DNA of 64,000 bases from assembly GCF_004010195.1 (NCBI RefSeq), contig NC_057755.1, forward strand, positions 5,149,643 through 5,213,642. The letters are read 5' to 3'. Of the stretch, positions 63,721 through 64,000 are shown piece after piece. A model generated the notes under the pieces. That model was given only the letters and a program-made list of their open reading frames with translations. It was not told the origin of the DNA and searched no databases. Source of the DNA: Chiloscyllium plagiosum (Eukaryota). Numbering within the stretch: position 1 is the stretch's first letter; each line of letters opens with the position of its first letter. The translations under genes and the position numbers were made by a program.

Positions 63721-63787
63721 CAGGAACACCAATGATGGCAATGAATACGTACACTATTTTAGAAATATTGTGGAATACGTCAAGCAT
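63721..63787 (-). CDS. GPR139-like GPCR gene B, coding exon 1 (67 nt: MLDVFHNISKIVYVFIAIIGVP + G)
   Basis: aaaATG at 63787, 22 codons, then a consensus donor CCT G|gtaagt. Same length and phase as gene A exon 1, and in frame with the acceptor at 57313. TATAAA at 63869-63864. Not in the ORF track. Confidence 0.88.
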
Positions 63788-63863
63788 TTTACTCCGTGAA
63801 TTGGTCTGTAGTGTCGCATCCTAATGCGTTAAAATTGAGGCACGAAATTAATGCAGCCTGGGA

Positions 63864-63880
63864 TTTATATCTGCGGGAAG
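63864..63880 (-). promoter_or_regulatory. TATA box of gene B (CTTCCCGCAGATATAAA)
   Basis: Canonical TATAAA 77 nt upstream of the ATG, at a position equivalent to gene A. A CCAAT lies further upstream (~63941-63945). Confidence 0.6.
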
Positions 63881-64000
63881 TCTATAGAGATTTTAAGGCT
63901 GTAACACGTCTGTGATTTCAATCCAAGAACCAGCATACGTATTGGTTAAAAATATTTAAAAAACTTGAGGATTGGGAGCAGTTTAGTTTTCAGCAAGGGA

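Overview
Eukaryotic, repeat-dense genomic DNA, almost certainly from an elasmobranch (shark or ray). This is inferred from HE1-type tRNA-derived SINEs, CR1/HER1-type LINEs and abundant Penelope-like element (PLE) remnants. The host-gene content is a small cluster of GPR139-like class A orphan GPCRs. Two are intact two-exon genes on the minus strand: exons 41743-41677 + 40808-39907 (322 aa) and 63787-63721 + 57313-56415 (321 aa). A third is an inverted paralogous pseudogene at ~12.5-16.1 kb that kept its promoter but lost coding exon 1. The ORF track gives both intact genes wrong starts inside introns, shows the first gene's exon 1 only inside an unspliced ORF, and misses the second gene's exon 1. 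Other content includes a possible MS4A-like exon near 1.1 kb and a degraded class I endogenous retrovirus (22.8-27.7 kb) with nested Gypsy/CR1/PLE insertions. There is also an old ~3.2-3.7 kb direct duplication flanking one receptor gene, many PLE-derived minimal hammerhead ribozyme motifs, and a 95-N assembly gap. All calls were made by eye, with no database searches, and repeat boundaries are approximate.
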